Assembly (NCBI RefSeq): GCF_022045235.1
Contig: NW_027266275.1
Location: forward strand, 34,410,001-34,474,000
Direction of reading: 5' to 3'
Length of the DNA stretch: 64,000 nucleotides
DNA from: Haliotis cracherodii
Lineage: Eukaryota
Position 1 is the first letter of the stretch, and the number at the start of each line of letters is the position of its first letter. Of this stretch, positions 1 to 11,572 are shown piece after piece. The translations under genes and the position numbers were made by a program. The notes under the pieces were generated by a model. It ran no database searches. It was not told where the DNA came from and was given only the letters and a program-made list of their open reading frames with translations.

Positions 1-40
1 ACGTGAAGGATGAATGAATGGATACCTCTCCTTTTTTCAG

Positions 41-3000
41 TTCCCATCAGTGACCCAGAAACCAGAAATGTGATGAAAGTAAAGAAAGGTCAGTCCAGTG
101 CAGCACAAAGACAAGGTGATGTCAACCATTCAACCATGAGAACACTGGATGATGAGGACATTATAGACAAGTTTATGGTAAGTACAGCTGTTAAAATGGG
201 TATGATAAAATAGCTGATCATTGGGGCTGTATTCAATTATTTGGACCCTGTTGGGATCCGGGGCAGAATAGGTCCACCACACACCATACTTATGTAGAAG
301 CTAGCTGATTTACTGTGAGTTGAGGTAAAATGGGGATACACGTCACATTCAAGATTATTGCACTAATATAGTGATGTGTTTATGTGGCTGCTTGGACTAG
401 CCTGGACTAATGGCGGTTTTAAAGTGCTAGCCTAATTGAGCATGCTCAGATACCTTGCCGCAGTACATAATGGATACCCCATCAGACACAGTATACTGAC
501 TCCAACCAGTCCTTGTTTTATCAAGTGCCAGGACGGGTAACAATAAATACCATCTTTTAACTTCTTTTGGTTGGATATTGTTGGTCATGAGTGATAAGCA
601 CTGGATTGTCTGTGTCCCAGACTGTGAATAAGTGAAAAAGAGTTGACATTGGGAAACAGAATTATGCTGTATACATGGAGCCAATGAAATTCTATAAAAA
701 ATATTATATATTGTAGTTTCACAGAAGCGGAGACATAAATCCTACGACAACCAAAAGAGCAGAAAAAGTGAAAATGTGAGTATGGGGTATATTCAGTAGC
801 TGTCAGAATATGGAAGAATATGTCTCACTGCTTCATATTATCTAGAGCCTCTGCCCAGAGGGCAATCCATGGCCATGTCATACCTAAAGATGTCTGTAAA
901 AATTATTTGACAGTTACCAAAGAAACAGTGCACACATCATCTTTGACCTGTAATGTTACGTATTAGAAACTGAAATTAAACCAAAATATATGACCATATG
1001 ATATGAACTGTTTGCTCTGTCAATCTGTTTGCTTATTACGTAGTGCCTTCACTTTGCAGGAGATCAAAAGAGCATAAGCAGAAACACAAAGAGAAGAAGA
1101 AAGAAAAAGATAGAGAAAAAGAAAGAGACTTCAGCCAGTTCAAAGGTTTGAATCAGTACATCCATGTATAAATCATGACAAGAATGTGGGGTTAACAGGA
1201 ATGACAATCTTGAACCCTTGACATCCTTGAACATTTGTGTCACTGAACCTTTAACATCCCTGTTCCTTTGGCATCCTTGAACCCTTGACATCCTTGAACC
1301 TTTGTGTCACTGAACCTTTAACATCCCTGTTCCTTTGGCATCCTTGAACCCTTGACATCCTTGAACCTTTGTGTCACTGAACCTTTAACATCCCTGTTCC
1401 TTTGGCATCCTTGAACCCTTGACATCCTTGAACCTTTGTGTCATTGAAGCTTTAACCACCCTGCTCCTTTGGCATCCTTGATCCCTTGAACCTTTGACAT
1501 CCTTGGACCCTTGACATCCTTTTATCCAAGACATTCTTGAACCTTTGGCAACCTTGAACCCTTGACATCCTTGAACCATTGACATTCTTGAACCTTTGAC
1601 AGCCTTGGACCCTTGACATCTTTGAACCTTTGACAGCCTTGGACCCTTGACATCCTTGAACCATTGACATTCTTGAACCTTTGACAGCCTTGGACCCTTG
1701 ACATCTTTGAACCTTTGACAGCCTTTGACCCTTGGACATCCTTGAACCATTGACATTCTTGAACCTTTGACAGGCTTGGAGCTTTGACATACTTTTATCC
1801 ATGACATCATGTTTCACACCCTTGTCTCTCAGTAGCACAGGTGGGCCAGTTGTTTTATGGGCCACAATTAGCTGTGCATAGTTACATCCATTAGGTATGC
1901 CAGGATCCTATGATCGTGGGTCCAAATTCCAGTTTTGCCCTGATTATATTTCTAGGTTTGTCAGCTTATGGATTTCATCCAGGTGAAAAACATCCAACAT
2001 TAGGCTGACAAGCCAAGATATATCTGAAATACTCATCAAAGTGGCATTAAACCCAACTCACTCATAGAGCAGAACAGGATGCAAGTGTTGACATGTATTT
2101 TCACTGCTGATGTATAGACAACACGGAATATTAGTCATTGCCAGTGATTGTATCTTGAGTATATTTTAATGACGTAGGACTTTTTCTCACATCCCTTTCC
2201 AAAATTTTGTATCACTTTCTCAAAACTCCCCCAAAATATTATGTTGTTTTGGGTGTTAATGTATTGTGCTCTCATTAAGAATACCTAATCAGGTTTTGTA
2301 AAATAATAATGTCGTTGGAAGATGCATGATATGACTGAACAGATTCTTTATGAATATAATGTTGATGTTCCTCCTTACCTCCTGCTTCAGATGAGGTACA
2401 ATTCGGGGAAGTAGTCCATGCTCCCCCAACTCTGTCTGTCCTCCCACGCAAAGCACACACAGAACAAGGAGTTCCTCGGGTAAGTAAAGCACACCGAAAG
2501 AAGAAATGTTTAAGCAAGCAGTGCACACAGGAAGCTCCGATGGTAAGCAGTGCACACGCAATAAGAGGATACCAGGGTAGGAAATGGACCCAGAAAAATA
2601 CTCTCCCAGGGTAAGCAATGCACACAGTACAAGAGGATACCATGGTGAGCAATGGATGTGAAGTCAGCAGATGCTAAGGTAAGCAATGCGCACAAAACAC
2701 AGAGCCCTACAGGTAAGCAAAGATCATAGCACAATAGGATACCGTGGTAAGCAACGGATATGAAGTAGCACATGCCATGGTCAGCAAAGCACACTGAACA
2801 GAGCTCCCAGGGTAAGCAATGGGTACAAAGTAAGCAGATACTAAGGAAAGCAATGCATACGGAACACAGAGCCATAAGGGTAAGCAATGGGCACAGGACT
2901 AAAGGATACCATGGTAAGCAATGGATATATAGTAAGCAGATACTAAGGAAAGCTATGCACACGGAACACAGAGCATTAAGGGTAAGCAATGGATATAAAG

Positions 3001-3652
3001 AAGCACATATTATGGTAAGCAATGCACACAGAACAGAGGTCCCAGGTTAAGAAATGGGTACAAAGTAAGCAGATACTAAGGAAAGCAATGCACGGAACAC
3101 AGAGCCATAAGGGTAACCAATGGGCACAGGGCACAGTTCTGAGGGTAAGCAATGGGCATAGGACACAGCTCTGAGGGTAAGCAATGGGCACAGGACACAG
3201 CTCTGAGGGTAAGCAATGGGCACAGGACACAGCTCTGAGGGTAAGCAATGGGCAAAGTCACATAGCTCTCAGTGTCCGCAGCCCACACTGAACAAGGACC
3301 TCCAGGATAAGCACAATATGTGGTGTTCCCAGTTTAAATCATGCACTTGGAATAAGGGGATTTGTAATCAGACAGGGCTTCAAAGTGTGTCTGATAATTA
3401 CTATAACATTGCTGGCATTTCCCATTTCAGCCAGGTAAGAAGTCCCTGTTGTTGAAAGACATCATCACAAGCAACTCCAGCCACAGTCAGCAGACGCCCT
3501 CGGGTGGTAAGGGGGGGCGGCGTGAGCTGGGGCAGACGGTCAAGAGGAAAACCCTGTCCATGGCACAGCAACACATCATGGACTTCGAGAGGGAGAAGGC
3601 TGTGCAGCTCTACAGGGAGTTGAAAAATAAAAAGATGAACAGATTTAGCTGA
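41..3652 (+). CDS. CCDC137: Coiled-coil domain-containing protein 137, 3' part (5 exons; 5' end lies outside the window)
   Basis: Exons 41-177, 717-775, 1060-1145, 2391-2479 and 3431-3652 have AG/GT boundaries and join in one frame. Peptide: ...KEKDREKERDFSQFK-DEVQFGEVVHAPPTLSVLPRK...PGKKSLLLKDI...LSMAQQHIMDFEREKAVQLYRELKNKK*. This matches the recalled CCDC137 C-terminal motifs (D.V.FGEV...PP.L and ERE.AV..YR.LK). The exon 2 acceptor (716 vs 724) is the least certain; 716 keeps the frame. Confidence 0.88.
474..575 (-). mobile_element. Decayed Meta-domain SINE fragment in a CCDC137 intron
   Basis: Reverse complement resembles the central domain of the full copy at 54793-55138 (cagacacagtatactgactcc...ccagtc). 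Confidence 0.55.
1205..1800. repeat. Intronic minisatellite of 8-9 bp subunits (ccttgaac/ccttgacat) with a 67-bp higher-order unit
   Basis: tgttcctttgg recurs at 1261, 1328 and 1395 (67-bp period), then the array continues as 17/34-bp subunits. Confidence 0.9.
2450..3270 (+). repeat. Tandem array (~32-34 bp, ~23 units) of the CCDC137 exon-end/5' splice-site junction
   Basis: Unit is aatgcacacag...g|gtaagc; the real junction is aaagcacacacagaacaaggagttcctcgg|gtaagt. Confidence 0.9.
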
Positions 3653-4014
3653 AACTGAAGGCTTTGTCATGTGTTGAGATGGGGACTTGTTTCTGTCCCC
3701 GAGTGGGTATGGTTTTACCCCGCTTCTAGCAATATTCCAGCAATACGGAGGGAGGTGGGGTGGGGCTGGTGCACCCGGAAATAGGTTATACACATTGTAA
3801 CCATGTTGTGAGTCAAACCCAGGTCTTTGGCATCACGAGCAAACACACTGAAGTTGGGGCTGTTAGGTGATCTTGTGAAATCTGAAGTTTCTGATTGACA
3901 ATGTGCAGGGTGTTTGTATGTTGACCTGCACATGAACATTGGCCCATTGTTTTTGAAAGAGCAAACCCATTTTCACTGTTTTCAGGAGGTGACCTGTTAC
4001 TATTGACATTGTGA

Positions 4015-4020
4015 AATAAA
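4015..4020 (+). promoter_or_regulatory. Candidate CCDC137 polyadenylation signal AATAAA (alternative ATTAAA at 4334-4339)
   Basis: First AATAAA after the stop at 3652. Confidence 0.45.
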
Positions 4021-4344
4021 TACAACTGTGATTACAGAATTCTGTTCACTGTTGCAACACAAAATTGTTGAACAGGTGACTGGCACATTGGAAATTACAA
4101 CCAATGGACCTGTTTCCCATCTTTTTCGTCCTGTTCTTTTATCCACGTGTCAGTATATTTTAGGAAGTGACAAATGTTCAGTACTGCTTTTGGCATGAAG
4201 ACTTTCATGGATAATAACTTCTTCCTTGTTTCTAACAATGTTTCAAGACTACTTCTTGACACTATATTCATCCACCTGAAGTTTCATGTATTTATGATCT
4301 ACCAATGTGTCAATGTCCAAAAGTTTATTTATTATTAAAAGTCC

Positions 4345-4710
4345 AGTGAGCTTATGTTGTGGCCTGATTGTCTGTCATCTGTCCTAAACATCAGCTCTTC
4401 AGCAAGCCACTGGACCAATGAAGCTGAAACTTCACATTACTGATTCCAACCAATGATGACATTCCAATTTGTTCAAGAGGTTCAAATTTGGTTTTCAACA
4501 TGGTTGCCACGGCAGCCGTGTAAAACTATTTATGGTCATTACTCAGCCATATTTGGTCAGAATGAACTGAAATTTGATACATGTATAGTTTGTAGTGAGA
4601 CTTAACATATAGTTGCTTTTATTGTGATATTTTAAATTCTGGCTTTTTTATGACCATGCTCTTTGTGAAATTTGGTATACACACCAGGCAAGTACTGAAC
4701 TGGTGCTTTT
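4345..4710 (+). mobile_element. Degenerate non-autonomous element resembling molluscan Helentron-associated (pearl/CvA-like) repeats
   Basis: Recalled family motifs: gtgagctt..tgtctgtc..accactggaccaat..aaacttcac..aatttgttca..caacatggttgcca. Confidence 0.4.
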
Positions 4711-6755
4711 TTCTAACGCTCATTATGCCAAGCATCTGTAATAGTTATACAAGCCAAAAGATTGGCTTTTGCAAACATATCTTTGTATTATACCGATTGC
4801 TGAGTGAGTGAATATTGTTAGTACCTGCAATCAACAATGTGTCCGCTTTATCATAGCCACAGTATCAGGGATATTTCAGCTATTCACAGCCACGGCAACC
4901 AACAATATTTCAGCTATATCACACACCCTGTAAATATCATGAATATCAGGCTGGGCCAGACGAACCACTCTTTATCTCTCACATCATCATACGGAATTCA
5001 AAGAAATCTCTTTTGTATGATTCCTCCTACAAGTATATCACAACATGTGTTTGCGAATCACTCTCAAATGGTGTTTTCGAAAAGGTGAGTGTATCCTGCC
5101 CCACTGGTGGCCCTCCTCACAAACATACAAAGGCAAGTCTCTTGTTCACATGAACAAATACGGTACATGTAAAAATAGGGAATAGCACAAGACAGCAGGG
5201 AAAGGCATTTAGACAATATTGGTCTGGGCCTGGTTCCTCAAAGCGATTTTTGTACTGAAATTAAAGTTACGTAGTCTTTGTGTTAAGATCGCTTTGAGGA
5301 AGGGGCCCCTGGACGTCTGTAAGGGAAGATCCAACATTATTGTGGCAAAACAAAATTCTCTTCGGATTCTTCATTGTGTTTCTTACTTGTTTAACATTGC
5401 ACTCCGCAATATTTCAGCTTTATGACGGCGGTCTGTAAATAATCGAGTCTCGAACAGACAGTCCAGTGACTGACAGCATGAGCATCGAGTTACGCATTTG
5501 CACACGATTACATGCATCAACCAAGTCAGCAAGCCGGACCACCCGGACAGTTAGTCGCCGTGGATCGATGAAATATTGCTGAGTTCGGCGTTCAACAACA
5601 AACAAGCAAAGCATATTCTGACCGACAGACATAATATTGTAGAATTGGGCTGAATGCCTTTGGAAAACCATTTCTGTAGGACATTAATATTTTGTCACTT
5701 TGGTTAAACCCGCGAGCACGAATATGAACTTGATATTGGACCCACAATCAACGAATTTTGACACGCCGAGAGGACGGCGACTTAAAGCGCCTCAAACGAC
5801 TCGGACGACCGGCCACCCGTACCCCCAAGGGTCTCGTTAAGAGTTTAAGAATAAGTTTGTTTTGTTAATTGCAAACATTGAAAACTATTGATAAACAAAG
5901 TGAGAATCCTCTGGCCTATTGTATGGTGCTGACAAACCCAAGAACCAACGTCCAGAGTATCCTAGCTGCATATGCTACGTCAAAGAAGGAAGCATGTCTG
6001 CCCAGCGTCTTACTGGGCGATCTGCTATAATCATGAACTACGAGTCCGTGTGGTCTAAAAAGGTGAACAGAAAAAAACTGTTCCACGTATTTCTTACTAT
6101 AATTGAAGCAAAAGAGGATGTACAACTTTCCATATTTCAGCTACTCAGTGTCGTGCATGTAGGTATGAAGTTAGAAGCGATGCTGAGATTTCATCTTTCC
6201 AAACTTTGGGAATAAACATTTATAGACACGCCGTTATTTAACTGAAATAGTGTTCAGGGTGGCGTTAAAACTATCTCACTCACTCATTTTACCTGTAACA
6301 CAGAATGTTCTTTTCAACACCCAATCATTTATTTCAAACATTTCAATTTGGTGCTGACCAAATTATATCCCTGTTGCTTTCCTGCGCAAGAATAGATTTA
6401 CAGATATATAGACAGTTGTGAAAAGCCCAACCACTGATGACAATATCACATAGCTCAAAATATTAAATAAACCTTTTTCGAAAACGAAATTCATTTGAGA
6501 AAAAAAACATGGAAATATAGACAATACCTTTTGCGGCTTTTGAATTTAGATTGTTAATTATCTTTTTAATATTAGCCCATGATATGATGCTTGTTTTGAA
6601 GACATTATACCAAAGAACAAAAAAACAACCAATGATGGGTACGTCTCGGCTGATGTGTAGCAATCGGAACACACTCAAAACGAAATATATCGACCTGTTC
6701 CGAAGGTACTTCCACCGAACGGACGACAGCGAAATCTACCGACTAGACGTCGCTA

Positions 6756-6784
6756 TGACGTCATTAGGCGATATTGTGACGTCA
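6756..6784 (+). promoter_or_regulatory. Paired CRE palindromes (TGACGTCA x2, 21 bp apart) upstream of orphan gene copy 1
   Basis: ATGACGTCAT and GTGACGTCAC, ~80 bp before the ATG. Conserved at 11465/11486, 16252/16273 and 22406/22427. Confidence 0.65.
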
Positions 6785-6863
6785 CGCCATTGTCTGACAT
6801 TGTCTCAGCAAGCTACAGCAGCACTGCAGTACGCTCTTAATTTATCGAGATTATCGAAGAATA

Positions 6864-7294
6864 ATGCCAGCCACAAGACGTCTGACCATGTCCGAGTGTG
6901 AGGGCTTTGATTCCGAGGTGGCGGAGTGTTTTTCACGTACAGAACCGACAGGTGTGTGCCGTTATATATGATAACAGAGTTCAACTCTACAACTTCTGTT
7001 TCAATTGAAAAGTGTTTCAGAATCAGCCACTGTATTTCTACCACTTCCTTAATTTCATACGTAGGTATTACTTTCACACTTGCCAGTCTAATTGATTCAA
7101 TACTAAATCCGGTTCTTTTTATTTCAGAGTTTCATGATTCGGTTCCCGAACACGTCACAATAAAACCAAGACCAGTAACCAGGCGTCTGACCGTATCCGA
7201 GTGTGAGGGGTTTGATTCCGAGGTGGCGGAGTGTTTTGCACGTACAGAACCGACAGGTGTGTGTGTGTGTCTATATCTGTGTGTGCGTGCGTGC

Positions 7295-7337
<43 letters not shown>

Positions 7338-8115
7338 GTGGGTGATTTCAACTCTCATACCTATGCAACTTCGTTTAAAAAAGGCTGTATTAACTGTCAT
7401 TTCTCTGCCAGTTTATCTATTTAACAGGGTAAATGTATATGTGCTGATGTTTTACACGTACCATAGAGTTGATTATATACTAAATTCGATTATTGCAATT
7501 TCAGAGTTCCACGATTTGGTTCCCAAACACGTCACAATAAAACCAAGACCTATTCGTCCCGAGCCACCATTCCAATGGGACTGTAGTAAAAAGGACAAAC
7601 AACTTGGCAAAGAGCTCGACCTCCACATGCAGCTGACGGCTGTTCTGGTTGAGGTGGACATTCTCCGGGCTGACCTACGAGATGCACGACTCCGTTCCAA
7701 ATGTCTGAAACTGAAGAACCGACATCTTCGGAGACAAGCCAGACAACTCTCGGAGGAGAAAGTCTCCCTCAGTGAGCAGGCGGATCGCTTGATGAAAGAG
7801 GTGGACATGTTGAGAGTTGAGAGACTGTGTGTACATTCAGGAGAGGGAGAGGGTGTTGGATTTGTTCAGAGATCAGGGGCTACACAGACCACGTGCTTTG
7901 ACCACATTGCCCAGTCAAAGAATGACATACCTCGTGAACAAGACAAAAGGTCAACAAGACATCATGAACTCTCTCAAAGTAGTCTGTCATCAAAGAAACA
8001 TATGTCATCAAGCACAACCAATTTGATCGAAACTTGTTATCAGAAACAAAATGTACAGAAGTCAAAATCTTTCTTTCGCCGTTTTACAAAACTGTTCAGC
8101 AGAAACAAATGTTAA
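6864..8115 (+). CDS. Uncharacterised 275-aa coiled-coil protein, copy 1 (3 exons)
   Basis: Exons 6864-6951, 7128-7256 and 7505-8115 with phase-1 GT-AG introns, 828 nt in frame. MPATRRLTMSECEGFDSEVAECFSRTEPT-EFHDSVPEHVTIKPRPVTRRL...-EFHDLVPKHVTIKPRPIRPEPPFQWD...coiled coil...KSKSFFRRFTKLFSRNKC*. Confidence 0.75.
7257..7336. repeat. (GT)n/(GCGT)n microsatellite starting at the intron 2 donor (also 16765-16870 and 22907-22959)
   Basis: ACAG|GTGTGTGT... seen directly. Confidence 0.95.
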
Positions 8116-8774
8116 TGTTATCTAATGTTCATTTTGTTGATCAAATAACAATTGTTATAGTTTAAAAGCAATGTCTTTGTTATTTGTTTTCAACTGCCTG
8201 TGTCCAATAGCTGCAAGTTATGTTTGTTTGTTGTTTAACGCTGCACTAAGCAAAAGTCCAGCTATATGACGACGGCCTGTAAAGTCAGTGATTGATATTG
8301 TAAGCCTTATGATACGATGACACACAATCAACCATGTGACCGAGTCTGACCACCCGATCAGTTTGTCGCCTCTTACGACCATCACAGGTTGCTGGGACCT
8401 TGTCTAACCCGGAATCCCCACGGGGAAACACAGACACAAGATATCTATCAACATTAATATGTAAGGCATCAGTATCATCACACTTCACGAATAAGCCATA
8501 CCGTTCATCCATCCATGCATGGGTTGAGTGTGACATTGCTTCATTTTAGCAATGTTCAAACAATATCGGGGCCATCGAAAATAGACTTCGCGTATTGTAG
8601 TTATTAGGGATCGAACTCTGGGTTTTAGCATCAAGAGCTAACGCTTTAACCAGCTCAGTTAAACCTAATCAATTCATTGCAAGAATACAACATATTTTTC
8701 ATTACATTTTTATTCAACATGATTAGATAATCAAAGAACTGTGTGATTGGTGAGGTACATACCCTTAAGTACTA

Positions 8775-9040
8775 TTTTGTTTGTTTGTTGTTTTACGCCG
8801 CACTCGGCAATATTCCAGCTATATGACGGCGGTGTGTAAATAATCGAGTCTGAACCAGACAATCCTGTGATTGATATCATGAGCATCGATCCACGCAATT
8901 GGGATTCGATGACATGCATCAACCAAGTCAGTAAGCTTGATCACCCGATCCCGTTAGTCGCCTCTTACGACAAACATAGTCGCTTTTTAAGGCAAGCGTG
9001 GGTTGCTGAAGACCTATTCAACCCCGGATCCTCATGGGTC
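8775..9040 (-). mobile_element. Full-length tRNA-less SINE ('family A'), with TSD
   Basis: Flanked by ccttaagtacta/ccttaaatacta. Paralogous at ~13567-13832 and ~18311-18576; empty site in unit 4 near 24376. Confidence 0.88.
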
Positions 9041-9432
9041 CCTTAAATACTAGCCTTGGTAACAGTTGAACTGATTGTTTCACTAAACATCAACACTATC
9101 TATCGTAAATAAAAGAGTTAAAATCCTTTCCATAATCATAAGAAATGTCTGCTGAAAGCCGAGTCCATTGTACGATTCCGACTATATCTTTAACGTGATT
9201 GTGAATTACATGTACTATCAAATAGAGATGACACCAGGTGTTCGCCAAAAGGTGAGCCTATCCTACCCTACCGGTGGCACTCGTCACACACACATGGAAA
9301 GGCAAGTCAAGTATTTGCCTGAAAGACCACAGGAACATATGATACATGCCAGAGTAGGGAATTACGTCGGACATAATAGGGAGAATAGGACAAGGAATCT
9401 AGGGAAAGGCATCGTTTGGAAAATATGGCCTG

Positions 9433-9539
9433 GGCCTCGTCCAACAAAGCAATATTAATGCTACGATTATCGTAAGTCCATGTTAAAGTAAGGGAGTTGC
9501 GGTAGTCCTAGTGCTAAGATCGCTTTGTGAAACGAGGCC
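9433..9539. mobile_element. PIF/Harbinger-type MITE
   Basis: TIR ggcctcgt..acaaagc/gctttgtgaaacgaggcc with a CTG 3-bp TSD. Related copies near 5225-5310, 14220-14326, 18966-19072 and 56968-57055. Confidence 0.6.
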
Positions 9540-11572
9540 CTGGACTTATGTACAGGAGGATCTAACAATATTGTGGAAAAACATAATTCTCATTGGGTGA
9601 ATTGATATCCACATTGTTTAGGTCAATGTACTCGTGTGTCATTCAAGTTAACTCCTCTGACATTCGCAGACAAAAATCTAAAGCACTATAAAAGTTCACT
9701 AATATGTATTCAACAATCTGAGACATTGTGACCGACAGACACATAATACTGTAGAGTTGGGCTCAACACCGCTTCGAACAGCATTTCAGTTATGTCACCC
9801 CCTGCCAGTATTGTGTGGGAGAAACGCCCAAAGTGATGCAGGTCTTAGAAATTTGTCACTTTGGTGAAACCCACGAGCACGGCTATGAACCTGTGATTCG
9901 AACCCACGATTATCGGATTCTATCACGAGTGGATAGCGAATTGCAACGCCTTACACAATCGGCCACCCGTACCCCACAAGCGTCTCTTTAAGAGCTAAAG
10001 ATCCAGGTTGTATTGTTCATTGGAAACATTACAAACTGTGTGATAATATAATTCATTCGAAAAGTAGATAATGGTCAACATATTCCGACAGAAGGATCTA
10101 TATGCACATTATTTATGATGGATAAACGTATTTCCAGTAGCTAGACAATAAATCTTCCAATGTACCAAATACATCAAATGTTCTTAGTATCTTATAATTT
10201 TCAGTCATCATTATCAAGTTATCGGTTATCGGATGTCCGTCTAACGATGTGAATATATAGACAAACAGCTGTTTCACTGCCAACAGTTAAGCTTTGTCGT
10301 AGAATGAATCTATGAATGAAGTGAATGTCTGTTCTTTTTTTCAAAAAGCTTTGACGAATTTGGAACTATTTCAATTACCAAAATAGAAGTATACCTCAAG
10401 ACGAGCTTCGTTGTTCAACGCCATCTTTTATTCAACCCAAGGGAAGTCACTCTTATCGGCAAAGACTAACGGGAGTTTCTCCCCTGGACCGTTCCCTAAT
10501 TTACTAATATATAATTTCAAAATGTTGAAATTACAACTATAACCATCAGAACAAAGTTACATCAATTGAAAGTAAACTTCTTCTCGTGTAGATGCAAAAT
10601 ATGAATTAAAAACAAATATCCTGTGATATATAATTTTTCCTCGCCCCTGTGTGTTCCGAAAGCATATAACCCACCTCTAGTATATTATTTAGGAACAATG
10701 TTTCAATTTTTGTTGCAATTTCTTGGTGGTAATTTGGAACATTATTTACATTTTACATAAGCAGAGTGGAATCCTCCAGACTATTATATGGTGCTGACAA
10801 ACCAAGAACTAACGACCAGAGTAGTCTGTATATGGAACGTCTAAGAAGGACGCATGTCTGCACAGCATCTTGCCGCGCCCTAGACAACTGGTCCATTTCC
10901 TATAATCATGAACTACGAGACAGTGTCGTCAAAAAAGGAAAATTTCCAAACTTTGGGACTATACATTCATAGACATGCCGTTATTTAACTGAAATATTGT
11001 TGAAGGTGGCGTTAAAACTATCTCACTCACTCATTTTACCTGTAACACCGAATGTTCTTTTCAACGGCCAATCATTTATTTGAAACATTTCAATTTGGTG
11101 CTGACCAAATTATATCCCTGTTGCTTTCCAACACTGATGACAGTATCACATAGCTCACAATATAAAAATAAACCTCTTCCGAAAACGAAATTCATTTGAG
11201 AAAAAACATGAAAAAATAGACAATACGTTTTACTGTTTCTGAATTAAGATTGTTAATTATCTTCTTAATATTGGCCCATGATATGATGCTTGTTTTGAAG
11301 AAAGTAACGATTTTATACCAAAGAACAAAGAGCATCTAATGATGATTGTATGTTTCGGCTGATGTGTAGCAATCGGAACACACTCAAAACGAAATAAACC
11401 GACCTCTTCCGAAGGTACTTCCACCGAACGGACGACAGCGAAATCTACCGACTAGACATAGCTATGACGTCATTAGATGATATTGTGACGTCACGCCATT
11501 GTCTGACATTGTCTCAGCAAGCTACAGCAGCACTGCATTACGCTCTTCATTTATCGAGATTATCGAAGCATT

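Noticed and set aside
2480-3270. Regularly spaced short repeat with variable 'spacers' (CRISPR-like look)
   Set aside because: Eukaryotic intron; the 'spacers' are homologous to each other and to the exon end; no cas genes.
1064-3288. Repetitive ORFs on both strands (VQGCQRFK..., CSVCIAFLS...)
   Set aside because: Translations of intronic minisatellites inside CCDC137.
7231-7504. N-terminal extensions of the 294/327/316-aa ORFs containing (CV)n
   Set aside because: Read-through of intron 2 and its (GT)n tract; the exon starts at the tttcag acceptor.
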